Shown piece by piece: positions 63,646 to 64,000 of a stretch of DNA of 64,000 nt. A program made the position numbers and the translations under genes. Each line of letters opens with the position of its first letter. Position 1 is the first letter of the stretch. The stretch is from positions 320,001 through 384,000 of the forward strand of contig OZ250173.1 in the NCBI GenBank assembly GCA_965238075.1. The letters are read 5' to 3'. This DNA is from Candidatus Entotheonellaceae bacterium (GTDB taxonomy: Bacteria; Tectomicrobia; Entotheonellia; Entotheonellales; Entotheonellaceae). Below the pieces are notes generated by a model. That model ran no database searches and had not been told where the DNA came from. It worked only from the letters and a program-made list of their open reading frames with translations.

Positions 63646-64000
63646 ATGTTGTTCCACATTCTTCTCGCCGGCTTGGTGGCGCTGCTGACGATGCCACTGT
63701 CGCCTGCTGCAGACGCCGCCGAGCGTATCCACCTTGGCCCCGGACCGGTCGATTGGCAAGGCGACCTGTCGCCCATCGCGTCGAGCGAGTGGGGCTACGA
63801 CCGCGCGGCGCACTTGCTGGAGCGCGCCGGTTTCGGCGGTACCCCGGAGGACATCGAACGGCTGGCCGCCATGACGCCGGAACAGGCGGTGCGGCACCTG
63901 GTACACTACGAATCGATCGACAACAGCCACCTGCAGCCGTTTGACGAATCTGGCGTGCACGACCCCGGTCTGGTGCCCTTCCCGCCCAGCCGCCCGGCCA
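63646..64000 (+). CDS. DUF1800-family protein (runs off the right edge)
   Basis: Not in ORF track; signal peptide, then AAHLLERAGFGGTPEDI. Confidence 0.8.
   Translation, partial: MLFHILLAGLVALLTMPLSPAADAAERIHLGPGPVDWQGDLSPIASSEWGYDRAAHLLERAGFGGTPEDIERLAAMTPEQAVRHLVHYESIDNSHLQPFDESGVHDPGLVPFPPSRPA

Overview
GC-rich bacterial chromosomal segment. Taxonomy cannot be fixed from sequence alone; the tmRNA tag ANDYEVALAA and a sigma54 heat-shock promoter are compatible with a deltaproteobacteria-like lineage. Positions 1-38000 and 59430-64000 are ordinary core/metabolic DNA: clpB, a peptide/nickel-type ABC operon, a cytochrome P450, dusA, ispH, fabH, metY, tRNA-Leu(CAA), smpB-ssrA and a TRAP solute-binding protein. 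Positions ~38000-59430 form a decayed, deeply nested mobile region abutting the 3' end of tmRNA. It holds phage/satellite remnants (broken terminase, a primase broken by a 22-bp duplication, truncated HigB) and three Tn3-family ends or elements. It also holds IS1182, IS630, a 152-bp MITE, a TIR-bounded tyrosine-recombinase cassette and cargo genes (desaturase, two-component system, outer-membrane protein, exported truncated haemoglobin, SPFH/NfeD). The two most notable signals lie outside the ORF track. (i) Two stacked group II intron 3' ends, apparently one intron inside another, interrupt a Tn3 terminal inverted repeat. (ii) IS1182 and the MITE inserted independently into the spacer of the same res-like palindrome in two related Tn3 elements. 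All calls are by eye; no database search was run.
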